Shown: positions 18,655-28,788 of the stretch, piece after piece | Numbering within the stretch: position 1 is the first letter of the stretch | Layout of the letters: each line of letters starts with the position of its first letter | Origin: an uncultured Pseudomonadales bacterium | GTDB taxonomy: Bacteria > Patescibacteriota > Microgenomatia > UBA1400 > PJMF01 | Length of the DNA: 64,000 bases | Assembly (NCBI GenBank): GCA_964457085.1 | Contig: CAYWDM010000003.1 | Location: forward strand, 186-64,185 | Reading direction: 5' to 3' | Position numbers and translations under genes: made by a program | The notes under the pieces: generated by a model | The model's input: the letters and a program-made list of their open reading frames with translations, nothing else | Told to the model about the DNA's origin: nothing | Databases searched by the model: none

Positions 18655-20175
18655 TTAGGTGCTCGGACTTGGAGTTAATAAGTCTTTAAGAGCAAACTCT
18701 AAGTCCTGCGGTAAGTGATGTTCGCTATCCCAGGCATTGAGTAGCTCGCTGAGCGGTTTTGCAGTTTCTAATGCAACAGCGACTTTCTCTTTAATATCTT
18801 TGAGTACCACTGGCAAGGTGAGGTCTTTTTCTTCAAGCTGTTTGATGCGATGAGCAAGCGCAGATAGCACTTCGGCTTTGGTGCCGACACACTCAAATGG
18901 TTTGTTAGCCTCAAAGCCAATTAATTGGTGAAAAATCGGTATCAAGTCAGCATCTTCATATAAGTTATGATCAAAAATTTGACCAACCAAAATTGTCTCC
19001 TCTAAGAAGCAGGACAACAAAGTGAAGACAAAGGCACATTTAGGACATTTTTGGCACCAGGTATTGGTTTTTTGGCCCACATTACAGCTGCGGAAAACCG
19101 GCCAAAATCCTGGATAGTGACTGAATTGTTTAGCAATTTGAACTTCTCCTAGTGGTCGTAAGATTGAAAAATAGCCTGGTTGGACGGGATATTGGCCAAA
19201 CCACTCATTTAAATATTCGCGAAAAGTTGTTTCAAATGCAAAGGTTTTTGAATATTGATGGTTGATGGTGAGATCGTGCCAAATTAGATTTCCTTCGTTG
19301 GCTGAGTTTTCATTCGAGACAACCACTTGCTCATATCCATAGATGCGAGCGGCCAGGATGCTGACAAACGCAAAATAGGCACTAAATGGCGTGTGTCCAT
19401 TTAGATATCCTAGAGCATTCAATTCGAGTAGGTGTGGATCAATTACTCGAGTAATACGGTGAATTTGAGTTGCATTAGACTGTGCTGCGACTGCTTCCGC
19501 AGCAGGGGAGAGTGGTGCTAATAAAATGGCACCATATGCAAAGCGATCGCTTTGGGTGCGGTTAAGCTGATCTAAGAAACCTAAAGTTACCGCTGAGTCT
19601 TTACCACCACCGACACCAACTAAAAATCGAGTTCGTGGGAGTATTGGAGGTTGTTCCAATTCAGATGAAGCGATAATAGTGTTTGCGGCAGCGGCAGAAA
19701 GCACGTCACCATCAAGCACAGTTTCTTGGTTAGTGATAGTGGATAGGTGAATATCTTGGTCTGAATCTGATGTGCTGTCAGATTGGCACTCAAACCGCAA
19801 TAAGCCTGGTTGCGATGGATCAATCTCATTTCGGTAAAAAAACTCAGCTAAACCATTGAGATAAAGTTCATGCCACCAAGCCAACTGTCCTGTTGATAAT
19901 TGACCTGCCTGAATAATAAATTGCGGTGAGCAAGTGGCTTTCCAGTAGCTGATTGCCTCAATCATTCCTAAATGAAGTAAATAATTGTTAGCTTCACTGG
20001 TGGCCAACCATTGACTAGTGGTATCTGGTACAGAATGAAAAGTGAGGTGAGGCACAAATTGATACTCACCAACTTGAAACTGAAACTCTACCACCAAATC
20101 ATTTTCAGAAAAATGCCAAGAGAATGATTTGAAGACAAACAATGGATATTGTTTTCTGAGCTGAGTAAACTGCAT
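18655..20175 (-). CDS. murL: UDP-MurNAc-L-Ala-L-Glu epimerase (MurL family)
   Basis: SYWKA, GGGKDS PP-loop, NGHTPFSA, SNENSA, INHQYSK, SCN..WC..CPKC, KPFECVG; 4 bp upstream of murD. Confidence 0.8.
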   Translation of the reverse strand: MQFTQLRKQYPLFVFKSFSWHFSENDLVVEFQFQVGEYQFVPHLTFHSVPDTTSQWLATSEANNYLLHLGMIEAISYWKATCSPQFIIQAGQLSTGQLAWWHELYLNGLAEFFYRNEIDPSQPGLLRFECQSDSTSDSDQDIHLSTITNQETVLDGDVLSAAAANTIIASSELEQPPILPRTRFLVGVGGGKDSAVTLGFLDQLNRTQSDRFAYGAILLAPLSPAAEAVAAQSNATQIHRITRVIDPHLLELNALGYLNGHTPFSAYFAFVSILAARIYGYEQVVVSNENSANEGNLIWHDLTINHQYSKTFAFETTFREYLNEWFGQYPVQPGYFSILRPLGEVQIAKQFSHYPGFWPVFRSCNVGQKTNTWCQKCPKCAFVFTLLSCFLEETILVGQIFDHNLYEDADLIPIFHQLIGFEANKPFECVGTKAEVLSALAHRIKQLEEKDLTLPVVLKDIKEKVAVALETAKPLSELLNAWDSEHHLPQDLEFALKDLLTPSPST

Positions 20176-20257
20176 TGGAAGCTATTATAATGGACTTGCT
20201 GCAAAACTTGCTTTGGCAATGTTTGTACAGAGCTTGGTTATCAAAAAAAATACCTAC

Positions 20258-21130
20258 ATGTCTTCGACCACATTTACACCACCAACTCATTCAAAATATC
20301 GCACCATCTCAATTTTGGGCCTGCCAATTTTTGCACAGTCTCGAGAAAATTGGCAAACATGGTTGAATAAAACTATCGACAGCCAAATTAAATCAGCAAC
20401 CACGCCAACTCTGATTTTTACTCCAAATGCTGAACAGTTAGTTCAGGCATATCAAGATCCCGGATTTTTAGATGATTTGCAGCAAGCAGATATTTTGTTG
20501 CCAGATGGTGTTGGACCGATATTGGCTTCATATTGGTTTGATCGGCACCATCCATTTACAGAACGACTGGCGGGTGCGGATGTAATTAATGATGTGTTGG
20601 CACAAGCAAAAGCAAAGCAATTGAGCGTGCTGATTGTGGGTGGCAGAGGATACGGATTTCCCAGTCAACTGGGATTTGCGCCAATTAAATTGCCTTTAGC
20701 TACTGGTTCGACACTCGAAGTGAACTGGATGCCGGGATACGCCGATATTGCTCATCCTACCCCCACAGAACACGCTACTGTTCGATTCGTAATCAACCAT
20801 CAAAAACCCGCGATTGTGTTGGTGGCCTTTGGTGCACCGTGGCAAGAAGCCTGGGCAATTAGACACCAAGAATTACTGGGTGCAGTTGGCACGAAATTAG
20901 TGATGGCGGTGGGTGGCTCGATTGACTTTATGCTCGGGAAAGTACCCAGAGCCCCTAAATTCATGCGCCAATTTGGCTTGGAATGGTTATTTAGGTTAGT
21001 GCTGGAGCCATGGCGGTGGCAGCGACAGCTGCGACTGGTGAGTTTTGTGCAGTTGTTGTTATCAGGCAAATTACAACAACTACCCATGGCAGTAAATACA
21101 ACTAAAAAAGATGCCGCTTGGCGAGATTAA
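20258..21130 (+). CDS. WecB/TagA/CpsF family glycosyltransferase
   Basis: TPNAE, PDGVG, RLAGAD, VAFGAPWQE, VGGSID, RAP....GLEWLFRL. Confidence 0.92.
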   Translation: MSSTTFTPPTHSKYRTISILGLPIFAQSRENWQTWLNKTIDSQIKSATTPTLIFTPNAEQLVQAYQDPGFLDDLQQADILLPDGVGPILASYWFDRHHPFTERLAGADVINDVLAQAKAKQLSVLIVGGRGYGFPSQLGFAPIKLPLATGSTLEVNWMPGYADIAHPTPTEHATVRFVINHQKPAIVLVAFGAPWQEAWAIRHQELLGAVGTKLVMAVGGSIDFMLGKVPRAPKFMRQFGLEWLFRLVLEPWRWQRQLRLVSFVQLLLSGKLQQLPMAVNTTKKDAAWRD

Positions 21131-21141
21131 CAAGGAAAAAT

Positions 21142-21693
21142 ATGAAAAATGCCCTGATTTTACATGGCACAAATGACAACTCGAAAAAGAATTGGTTCGA
21201 GTGGCTTAGCCAACAATTGCAGAGTAAGGGGTATAAAACCTGGGTGCCAAACCTGCCTGGTTCCGATCGTCCAAATATTAAAAAATACAACGAATTTATC
21301 TTTTCACAAAACTGGAAATTTAACGATGAATCGATTTTAATTGGTCATTCATCAGGTGCGGTTGAAATCCTTGGTTTGTTGCAAGCATTGCCTGATGACG
21401 TAATAGTTGATCGTTGTTATTTGGTTGGCTCTTTCATTGATAATTTGGGCTGGGAGATACTCGACGGTTTGTTTGAGGAGCCATTTGATTTACCAAAAAT
21501 CAAAACTAAAGCTAATAAATTCATCTTCATTCACTCAGACAACGATCCCTATTGTCCGTTAGATCATGCTGAATATTTGTCCAAAGAGTTGGGCGGTGAG
21601 TTGGTGCTGGTTCCTGGACAACAACACTTCAGCATTGGGACTGGTGGAGAACAATATAGTCAGTTTCCATTACTGTTGGAATTACTACGGTAA
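21142..21693 (+). CDS. YdeN/RBBP9 family alpha/beta hydrolase
   Basis: ILHG..NWFEWL, GHSSG nucleophile elbow, HSDNDPY, QHF. Confidence 0.88.
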   Translation: MKNALILHGTNDNSKKNWFEWLSQQLQSKGYKTWVPNLPGSDRPNIKKYNEFIFSQNWKFNDESILIGHSSGAVEILGLLQALPDDVIVDRCYLVGSFIDNLGWEILDGLFEEPFDLPKIKTKANKFIFIHSDNDPYCPLDHAEYLSKELGGELVLVPGQQHFSIGTGGEQYSQFPLLLELLR

Positions 21694-21709
21694 CTACTTT
21701 TATTAGCTC

Positions 21710-22906
21710 ATGAACGAAAAAGGCCTCAATCAGCGAGAGCACTTATTGCCAAAGATCAAAATTGATTGGAGTGAAAAATGGTCACAATATCAGAGAATAT
21801 TGAAAAATGAGAGTCAACTGATTGGCTTGAGTGAACTAACTGAAGAGAAGGGTGCTGAGATCACTGACAGCCTGCAATCAAGTGCAGGTCCAAACTGGAA
21901 ACTTGATGTACCTACGGCACATACTCGATCACCTAAGAACTGTGATCTGGCTTTTATCGACGATGAACAGTTGCAACATTCTATTAGGGAACTAATCACT
22001 ACAAATCCAGGTCAATTATTACAGTTGCAGGCATATTTTGAACAGCAACTTAGTTCTATAGAGGCACATGAAGATGCTTTGCGAGAATCACTATTTACGG
22101 CTGAGGATCTTTCTGAAGAAAATCTCAAACAACGATTAGGGGAACTCAAAAAACAACAAGAAAAGACTCGAATTGAGCTGATAACTAATGCATTGGCAAC
22201 TGCAGGGATACATTTGGGAGAATTTGACACAAATCAGTTGGGAAAACTATTTGAAACTATCCGACGCTCCGCAAACGAGTGGCAGAATTTAGCATACATC
22301 AACCATTTATTGGCAACAGCGGCCGGCATACTCACACATGTGTTGGTGACTGCTCATGAATTACTGCATTCACTTATTGGCGGGAAGCTGATTGATATGA
22401 ATGGAACTGCCTACCATGAGTCCACAAAGAGAAACCATAAAGGGATTTTGGGGAGAGTAATACATGAAGCGTGTACTCTTGCTCTGGAATACCTAATTCA
22501 AAATCAAAGCAATGAAAATGAAGCTCAAGATCCAGCATGGAAAACCATTGCTGAGTTTGGTGCGGGACGTATGCGAGCAGTTCGAGAGGCGAATAGATTG
22601 AGGATCCCAGCTACATTTGCGGAAGCTGCTAAAACACTAGAACAACCAGATTTACAACTCTCTGATTTAGACACAGTGGTGTACTCTGAAGGTGCCAAAC
22701 TAGCAATTGCACTTCGTCGAAATGGTTGGAAGTTAACAGATTTACCAGAGTTGTTAGAACGAATTGACACTACAGTTGTTACTATAACTGATTATGGTGA
22801 TTCGACTGAGTGGTCAAAAATATTTATCACCAAGAGTGAGAATGGGGTGCCAACGGAATATGAAAAAGTTATTCAAGCACTGAGACAATTAAAGCCAGTC
22901 ACTTAG
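21710..22906 (+). CDS. Hypothetical protein with gluzincin-like HExxH motif
   Basis: AHELLH followed by HEACT and a later YSEG. Confidence 0.5.
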   Translation: MNEKGLNQREHLLPKIKIDWSEKWSQYQRILKNESQLIGLSELTEEKGAEITDSLQSSAGPNWKLDVPTAHTRSPKNCDLAFIDDEQLQHSIRELITTNPGQLLQLQAYFEQQLSSIEAHEDALRESLFTAEDLSEENLKQRLGELKKQQEKTRIELITNALATAGIHLGEFDTNQLGKLFETIRRSANEWQNLAYINHLLATAAGILTHVLVTAHELLHSLIGGKLIDMNGTAYHESTKRNHKGILGRVIHEACTLALEYLIQNQSNENEAQDPAWKTIAEFGAGRMRAVREANRLRIPATFAEAAKTLEQPDLQLSDLDTVVYSEGAKLAIALRRNGWKLTDLPELLERIDTTVVTITDYGDSTEWSKIFITKSENGVPTEYEKVIQALRQLKPVT

Positions 22907-22913
22907 TACTATG

Positions 22914-23741
22914 TTATAGCTCTGCACTTCCAAACGAATCTGTAACTGTCATAGGCTTTGCTTGTTTCCACACAAATTTGAAGAGCTGTTTTTGCATTTG
23001 TGCCAAATTTGCATTGTGAATTTCTACACAGAACGCTTCACCACCTTGGTAAGTGTAGAGTGCAGAAACGTCGTTGTAGAGCAATACTTCAAAGCGAATT
23101 CGAAATTCTTTTGGCGGAATATGGCGGATGTTCCAGTACGATTCCACCAATTCACTTACTTCTGTATGTGGCAAGATTTTAGTAAGGTTGGTGAGTTGAT
23201 TAGTTGTAATTTGGTGACTGACTAGCTCACGGCGAATATGTTCAGAAAACTCATAGTCAATGAATTTGCTCATATCTTGATCGAGTTCAAAAATGTAGAG
23301 TTTGTTTTTGGCGGCGAGTGAGTTGCAGGTAACTTGTTTGAGACCGTCCAGACCGCTAAAGTAGCGAACTTCAGATGACGAATGAAAAGTACTGGCCAGT
23401 GTGGATAGTTCTGCAATTAAATCTTGGCTTTGCTGTTGTAGTTTTCTCAACTGGGCTGCGTTCTCTTTCAAGTTAACTTCAAGCTGCTGAGGGTTGGCTG
23501 CTAAGAATCTAAAACCTGAAGATGCCATGGTACGAATCACTAGTTTTTTGTCAGTTAAATTGTCCAATATTCGATACACTTTTGTCCGAGGAAGTGGTAG
23601 CTGTCGACTGATCTCAAGTGCTGACTTTTCACCGTGTTCCAGAAGAAAAAGATATATTTTTGCGGTCTCAATATCCAAACCATGAGACTCAAGTTTATTA
23701 ATAATAATTGGTGAAAAACTGTCTGATTTTTTGGACATCAC
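22914..23741 (-). CDS. TrmB family transcriptional regulator
   Basis: GL...AKIYLFLL..G..SALEISRQ...PRTKVYRILDNL HTH; coiled coil; EVRYFSG; LYND. Confidence 0.88.
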   Translation of the reverse strand: MMSKKSDSFSPIIINKLESHGLDIETAKIYLFLLEHGEKSALEISRQLPLPRTKVYRILDNLTDKKLVIRTMASSGFRFLAANPQQLEVNLKENAAQLRKLQQQSQDLIAELSTLASTFHSSSEVRYFSGLDGLKQVTCNSLAAKNKLYIFELDQDMSKFIDYEFSEHIRRELVSHQITTNQLTNLTKILPHTEVSELVESYWNIRHIPPKEFRIRFEVLLYNDVSALYTYQGGEAFCVEIHNANLAQMQKQLFKFVWKQAKPMTVTDSFGSAEL

Positions 23742-23780
23742 TTTGCATTATAACCCAAATACAGCTATAGTTGCCAAAAT

Positions 23781-24686
23781 ATGAAGCAATTATCAAGATT
23801 AACAGTTTTTCATAACAGTCGTGGCCTGTGGATGATTACATTGTCAGCAGTTTGTTTTGGTTCATACGGTATTTGGAATCGGTTAATGGGAGGTCAGTTT
23901 GGTGAGTTTTCTCAGGCAACACTTAGAGGTTTACTCTTAGTACTCTTACTGTTACCAGTTTTATTGGCAAAAAAACTATGGCATCCAATACAGGCAAAGG
24001 ACTGGAGGTGGTTTTTAGCAGTCGCTCTGACTGGAGGTTTGAATCAAGCACCAATTTTTATTGCGTTTCAGCAACTCTCTGTGGGGATGGCTACATTTTT
24101 GTTTTACGCCGGTTTGACCTTGGCTGGATACATAGTAGGTTGGCTAGGATTTGGTGAGAAATTAGATAGCGTGAAATGGATCTCATTTGGGTTGGCTATG
24201 ATTGGAGTTGCCTTGTTGTTTGGGCTGAGTATTGATAGTTCAAATTGGTTTGGTGGAGTAATGGCAATTTTGGCAGGGTTAATGGGTGGCGTGGAGGTAA
24301 GTTTTACTAAAAAAATTTCTGGAACATATTCATCAATACAAATTATGCTGTTACTGTTTGTGGCGATGGTGATTGGAAATGGAATTTTAGCAATACTCTT
24401 CAAAGAAGTGTTGCCACTGCAATTTGCACTTCCCGCAGTAAAAACTGCATGGCTATCGCTGATCGCGTATGCGTTGGCACTGGTCATCGCAATGGCAGCT
24501 GTTGTGGAGGGGTATAAAACGACTGAGGCTAGTTTGGGTAGTATTGTGGGACTTTCAGAAGTAGTATTTGCGGCAATTTTTGGCTTGCTGGTATTTGGAG
24601 AGCAGTTAAGCATGGTCCAGCTAGCTGGAGGTGTATTAGTGACTTTGTCTGCTGCAATGCCAGTACTGTTTCAGAAAAAAACTTGA
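23781..24686 (+). CDS. DMT/EamA family transporter
   Basis: About 10 TM in two EamA repeats (FGEK, SEVVFAAIFG..FGE). Confidence 0.88.
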   Translation: MKQLSRLTVFHNSRGLWMITLSAVCFGSYGIWNRLMGGQFGEFSQATLRGLLLVLLLLPVLLAKKLWHPIQAKDWRWFLAVALTGGLNQAPIFIAFQQLSVGMATFLFYAGLTLAGYIVGWLGFGEKLDSVKWISFGLAMIGVALLFGLSIDSSNWFGGVMAILAGLMGGVEVSFTKKISGTYSSIQIMLLLFVAMVIGNGILAILFKEVLPLQFALPAVKTAWLSLIAYALALVIAMAAVVEGYKTTEASLGSIVGLSEVVFAAIFGLLVFGEQLSMVQLAGGVLVTLSAAMPVLFQKKT

Positions 24687-24718
24687 GCGTGTATTTTATA
24701 ATCTCGTTTTGGTTCTAA

Positions 24719-24743
24719 AAAACCCGGCTTGTGGCCGGGTTTT
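24719..24743. terminator. Bidirectional intrinsic terminator
   Basis: AAAACCCGGC-TTGTG-GCCGGGTTTT. Confidence 0.8.
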
Positions 24744-24768
24744 ACATTTTCTGTGAATATGAATCTAA

Positions 24769-25047
24769 CTAGTCTTCGTCACTGGGATTTACTCCAAGTA
24801 GCCAAAGCACTGCTTCTTTCTTGTAGCGACGATCGCCACGAGAGTTGATTCTAATAGCGGGTAGTTTGCCACGTTTGCCCCAGCGCTTGATGGTTAGGGG
24901 AGAGACGCGCAATAAGTCTGCCACTTCACGTACAGTGAGCAAATCAGGTAAGTTAGCAATATCAAGCTTGGTGGCATCTGTCGCCAAGCCGGTTTTTTTG
25001 CTTTCAGTCATCATGTCAACAGCTTGGTTGGCAGGTTGGTCAGTCAT
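24769..25047 (-). CDS. HTH_17/excisionase-like DNA-binding protein
   Basis: LLTVREVADLLRVSPLTIKRWGKRGKLPAIRINSRGDRRY. Confidence 0.88.
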   Translation of the reverse strand: MTDQPANQAVDMMTESKKTGLATDATKLDIANLPDLLTVREVADLLRVSPLTIKRWGKRGKLPAIRINSRGDRRYKKEAVLWLLGVNPSDED

Positions 25048-25347
25048 GTAGAGTCCCTTTCTCCTTTATTACGTTAATTCAAAAAATGTCGATCATTATT
25101 AGCTTTCAACCATTACAAATCAGGTCAAAAGCCAACAACTTCCGGGGTGAGGGGTGATCGATATGGATCAAATATTGGCTTATCTATATCTAAAGTAGCA
25201 GAGTGGAAAGAACTGGGTCAAGGGGGAGTTTGGATTAATTGAGTTTTTACATGAATTTGTTTCATTTTGCTCATAACTTGCACATCTAATATGTAAGTAG
25301 TATGCTACAAACCAGAGTGAGCCCATACTAGTGTTGAGGAGAGAAGT

Positions 25348-25602
25348 GTGATTAAAGTTGCATCCACGTCCCACTCTAAGGTCGACAGTCGATATTATTG
25401 CAGTGACATGATTTTTGCAAACGTATTGACTCGAATTAGTGAGTTGGGAAGCATGGTTGGTGTCAATGTACTTGACATCGATGGTGTTCTAGTCGAGCTG
25501 GAGGAAGATGCTGATGACAAGATGGTCATCTTTACTCTCAAGCACGAGCTTGGTCACAAACGTGACCAAGTGTGGCGATCAATCTGTAGATTGTATAGTT
25601 AG
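25348..25602 (+). CDS. Small hypothetical protein with HELGH motif
   Basis: GTG start after GAGGAG; downstream hairpin AAGGGTCGTGGC...GCCATGACCCTTTTTT. Confidence 0.5.
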   Translation: MIKVASTSHSKVDSRYYCSDMIFANVLTRISELGSMVGVNVLDIDGVLVELEEDADDKMVIFTLKHELGHKRDQVWRSICRLYS

Positions 25603-25810
25603 GCAGTCGCTGCTTAATGACACAGTTTACAGAACTTATTTGAAGGGTCGTGGCGTTACAGCCATGACCCTTTTTTATGAAAAGTGCTTTTAAGACTTGC
25701 GTTTGCAATTTACATAACAAATACACACTGGTTCTTGCGTAAAACGTCCCATAGTATGATAATTATGCCATCATCAGCAATGGTGAAATCCGCTCTTTAG
25801 AGGTGAGTAC

Positions 25811-26086
25811 ATGAAGGTTCAGCTGTTGTATCTGAGTGCAGATACTGCACGACTACAGATTCATGGGTCAGAGAAAGAAATGATCCAACTCTTTGATGCA
25901 CATTTTTCTCGGACGGAGGTGCAAACACCCCAGTCAGTCGAATATGCTGTCAACGGAGACACATGCCGTATTTCGTGCGGACAGATAGTGGTATCTGGCC
26001 GAAGCAGTGTGGCTACAGTTCTTGAGTCAATTTACCGACTCACAGGCAGGCCTGAGAATGAGGCTGCTTTCTCGAGCGATGATTAG
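25811..26086 (+). CDS. Small hypothetical protein (paralog A)
   Basis: GAGGTG SD; similar to 26343..26627; own terminator. Confidence 0.75.
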   Translation: MKVQLLYLSADTARLQIHGSEKEMIQLFDAHFSRTEVQTPQSVEYAVNGDTCRISCGQIVVSGRSSVATVLESIYRLTGRPENEAAFSSDD

Positions 26087-26153
26087 CACGACCTACGTTG
26101 TTCCTTAACCAATCTGGTTTGTGGAACGTCATAGCGTTGTGATATTACGACTA

Positions 26154-26184
26154 CCCCGGCTTGCAAAGGTCGGGGAGTTTTTTT
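26154..26184 (+). terminator. Intrinsic terminator
   Basis: CCCCGGCTT-GCA-AAGGTCGGGG followed by T-run. Confidence 0.75.
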
Positions 26185-26342
26185 AATTCAATTGCTTACT
26201 TCCAATCAACCTGTAATTTAAATCACAATTCACTAACGATTTTTTATCGGCAGTATAATAGGCTTGCGTGTTGATCAATCCGTATTTATACGGGTCTTTC
26301 CCAAGTAACAACTGGGTACTTATGTTTTAAGTTGGAGGTCGT

Positions 26343-26627
26343 ATGAGTGTGCAATTGCTAGAACCAAGAAGTAGTGAAGTTCGGCTTGGCATTCAAGGGT
26401 CAAGCGATGAGATTCTTACTCGATTGAAGGCAAGTGATTCGTTGTTCTTGGCGAGTCCACAGCCTGCACAAGGTACCTTGTTTTACTATGGTGCCTCAGG
26501 TCAAATCACTGTTGTGGCTGGTCAGATTACCGTAGTCGGTAATGAAAGTGATCGGCGAATGGCTGTGGAAGCAGTGTACGAAATGGTGGGTCGCCCCACC
26601 AATGAAGCCGTATTTGTGGTTTCATGA
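26343..26627 (+). CDS. Small hypothetical protein (paralog B)
   Basis: GGAGGT SD; VQLL..RL.I.GS..E..GQI.V.G..Y...GRP.NEA.F shared with 25811..26086. Confidence 0.75.
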   Translation: MSVQLLEPRSSEVRLGIQGSSDEILTRLKASDSLFLASPQPAQGTLFYYGASGQITVVAGQITVVGNESDRRMAVEAVYEMVGRPTNEAVFVVS

Positions 26628-26690
26628 AGAAAACTATTGTGGATACCGGTTATTTCTTAGAAATGATTCGGTGTTTGAAGTAGCAGGCGA

Positions 26691-26721
26691 AAGGCCTTGG
26701 ATTCGTCCAAGGCCTTTTTTT
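26691..26721 (+). terminator. Intrinsic terminator
   Basis: AAGGCCTTGGA-TTCG-TCCAAGGCCTTTTTTT. Confidence 0.85.
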
Positions 26722-26812
26722 ATTTCTAAAACAAATTTTTTTTGATAAATTGCTGCAAATTTGATCATTGAAGTATAATTTATATTGAATTCCAACTGTT
26801 TTGGAGGGCACT

Positions 26813-27061
26813 ATGCCTAAGATTGAAAGTGTTGAGAAGTTGGATGGTGAGGTGAGATTTCACCTCACCGGAGTTACGTACGCTCAAATAGAAGAGTTGC
26901 TTCGTAAGAAATGCCAGGGATCAGAGCAAGTGCGCGTGTTTTACTGGCAGGAGCATCGAGTGAGCGTATTTCAACCTGGAGCTGAGGTGCTTGTTGATAT
27001 CAACAGCACACAAGCAGAATTCCAGGAAATACTGGAGGGTTGGCTCAAGGAATTGGGCTAA
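26813..27061 (+). CDS. Small hypothetical protein
   Basis: GGAGG SD, ATG 26813, downstream hairpin with T-run. Confidence 0.65.
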   Translation: MPKIESVEKLDGEVRFHLTGVTYAQIEELLRKKCQGSEQVRVFYWQEHRVSVFQPGAEVLVDINSTQAEFQEILEGWLKELG

Positions 27062-27176
27062 ATCCTTAATCTAGACTCTGGTGCCAGAAGTGGTGCCAGA
27101 GTCTTTTACTTTGCACTGAAAAAAATTTACAACAACCAAATATTGACATATTCATATGTTATAGGATAATACTACA

Positions 27177-27343
27177 TATGTGTTGAAAGTAGCTGCCAAG
27201 TGGTAGCCAGTCAGTTTCCCTTCAATAATTGTGGGAATCGTGCCTGGCAGCTTGGGGTTGCGACTCCGGGGTTTCGTCTCCGGTTTCAACATATCTTCAT
27301 AACTGCATTCCGGAGGGCCCTTTGGAATGCAGTTTATTTTTTT
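27177..27343 (+). ncRNA. Candidate stand-alone structured ncRNA
   Basis: TTGACA(27143)-16 nt-GATAAT promoter; nested stems; terminator 27301-27343; no credible ORF. Confidence 0.5.
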
Positions 27344-27380
27344 GTATGCACATTTTTTATCGAACTACTCGATTTGACCT

Positions 27381-27417
27381 GAACCAAAAACCCCGCCTGG
27401 TTTCCCAGGACGGGGTT
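27381..27417 (-). terminator. rplL terminator; 28 bp identical to the rplA terminator at 43042
   Basis: GAACCAAAAACCCCGCCTGGTTTCCCAG...CGGGGTT. Confidence 0.8.
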
Positions 27418-27448
27418 AGTTGTTTGCTTAAATTAAGCGTGAGTTCAA

Positions 27449-27850
27449 TTACTTGAGCTCGACGACGCAACCAGCATCTTCCAAGAGTTTCTTGGCTGCT
27501 TGTGCATCTTCTTTCTTAGCACCCTCAAGCACGGTTTTAGGAGCGGACTCGACGAAAGTCTTAGCCTCACCCAAACCAAGTTCAGCCTTTAATTGGCGAA
27601 CTGCTTTAATAGCACCGATTTTGTTTGAACCAGCATCTTTGAGGATGACGTCAAACTCAGTTTGCTCTTCAACTGGAGCAGCTGCTGCTGCACCTGGCAT
27701 AGCACCCATCATCATTGGAGCTGCAGCGGAAACGCCGAACTCATCTTCCAAAGCTTTAACGAGCTCTGAAACATCCATGAGGGATAACTTTTTAACTGCG
27801 TCCACAATGCTCTGGACTGGAGCGGAAAGGGTTTTCTTGTCTTCTGACAT
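27449..27850 (-). CDS. rplL: 50S ribosomal protein L7/L12
   Basis: [38 protein letters not shown]. Confidence 0.98.
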   Translation of the reverse strand: MSEDKKTLSAPVQSIVDAVKKLSLMDVSELVKALEDEFGVSAAAPMMMGAMPGAAAAAPVEEQTEFDVILKDAGSNKIGAIKAVRQLKAELGLGEAKTFVESAPKTVLEGAKKEDAQAAKKLLEDAGCVVELK

Positions 27851-27891
27851 ATTGTTCCTTTATTAATTTTCTTATTACTACTTACTACTAA

Positions 27892-28401
27892 TTAAACTGC
27901 TTGTTTATCGGCAATTGCCTTTAGGGCATACACCAAGTTACGAGTACCAGCCTGCAAGACATTGACCAAGCCATATGCTGGACCGTTAATTCTACTAATT
28001 AAGAGTGAGATCAATTCTTTCTTGCCTGGCAACTTACTGAGAGCTTCAACTTCACCGATTGAGAGAGTAGCATCGCCCATGACACCTTCTTTAATATCAA
28101 GTTTCTCGGTCTCTTTTTTGAACTCAAAGAGTTTTTTAAGAGCACTGACCTCATCTTGAAACGAGAAGATGATGGCGTTCATACCCTCGAGGGATTTACT
28201 GACCTTGCCTTTACCGATAGCGATATCGATCAAAGTATTTTTACTGACATACATCTCACCACCAACTTCTCGCAGACTGGCACGAAGTTTGTTCTGTTGG
28301 TTCACACTGGTGGTGGAGTAATCGACGACCACAGCTGATTTAGCTCGGCTCAATTTCTCTTGCAGCAAGGCGATTTGACTTTGATTGTGTTTGTTTGGCA
28401 T
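27892..28401 (-). CDS. rplJ: 50S ribosomal protein L10
   Basis: VVDY, LRASLR, VSKNTL, LSKLP; upstream of rplL. Confidence 0.96.
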   Translation of the reverse strand: MPNKHNQSQIALLQEKLSRAKSAVVVDYSTTSVNQQNKLRASLREVGGEMYVSKNTLIDIAIGKGKVSKSLEGMNAIIFSFQDEVSALKKLFEFKKETEKLDIKEGVMGDATLSIGEVEALSKLPGKKELISLLISRINGPAYGLVNVLQAGTRNLVYALKAIADKQAV

Positions 28402-28788
28402 ACCAAAACCTTAGTTGTAACTTGTCTTGCGACAAGTGTGTTGTCTAATTACTACTGAGTGGTCCAAAGTGGGGAGTCACCAAATTACTTGGTGCAAAAG
28501 TTGTCAAAATGACAAATGTTGTTTTCCTCGGCGTGCAATTTTCATCTGCTGGTTGGCGTTTTTGGCGCTAATCGCAGAACACGCTGTCTTTGGACTAGAG
28601 GGACATTATAACATAGGGGTGGAGTGGAGCAACTATGAGGCGACGGTGTGCTTTTGGGATTAAAGAGTTGGAGATTTTTTTTGGCCAGATTAGAGAAAAA
28701 TCTAGAGCATTTAGAAAAACTACTCGGGGACACAATGAGTTTCACTGTGTCCCCGGTAGCTCTGAAGTAAATTGTTTGTATCTTTTTG

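Noticed and set aside
24769-25047. Excisionase-like gene as prophage evidence
   Set aside because: No integrase or phage structural genes nearby; stand-alone HTH_17 genes are common
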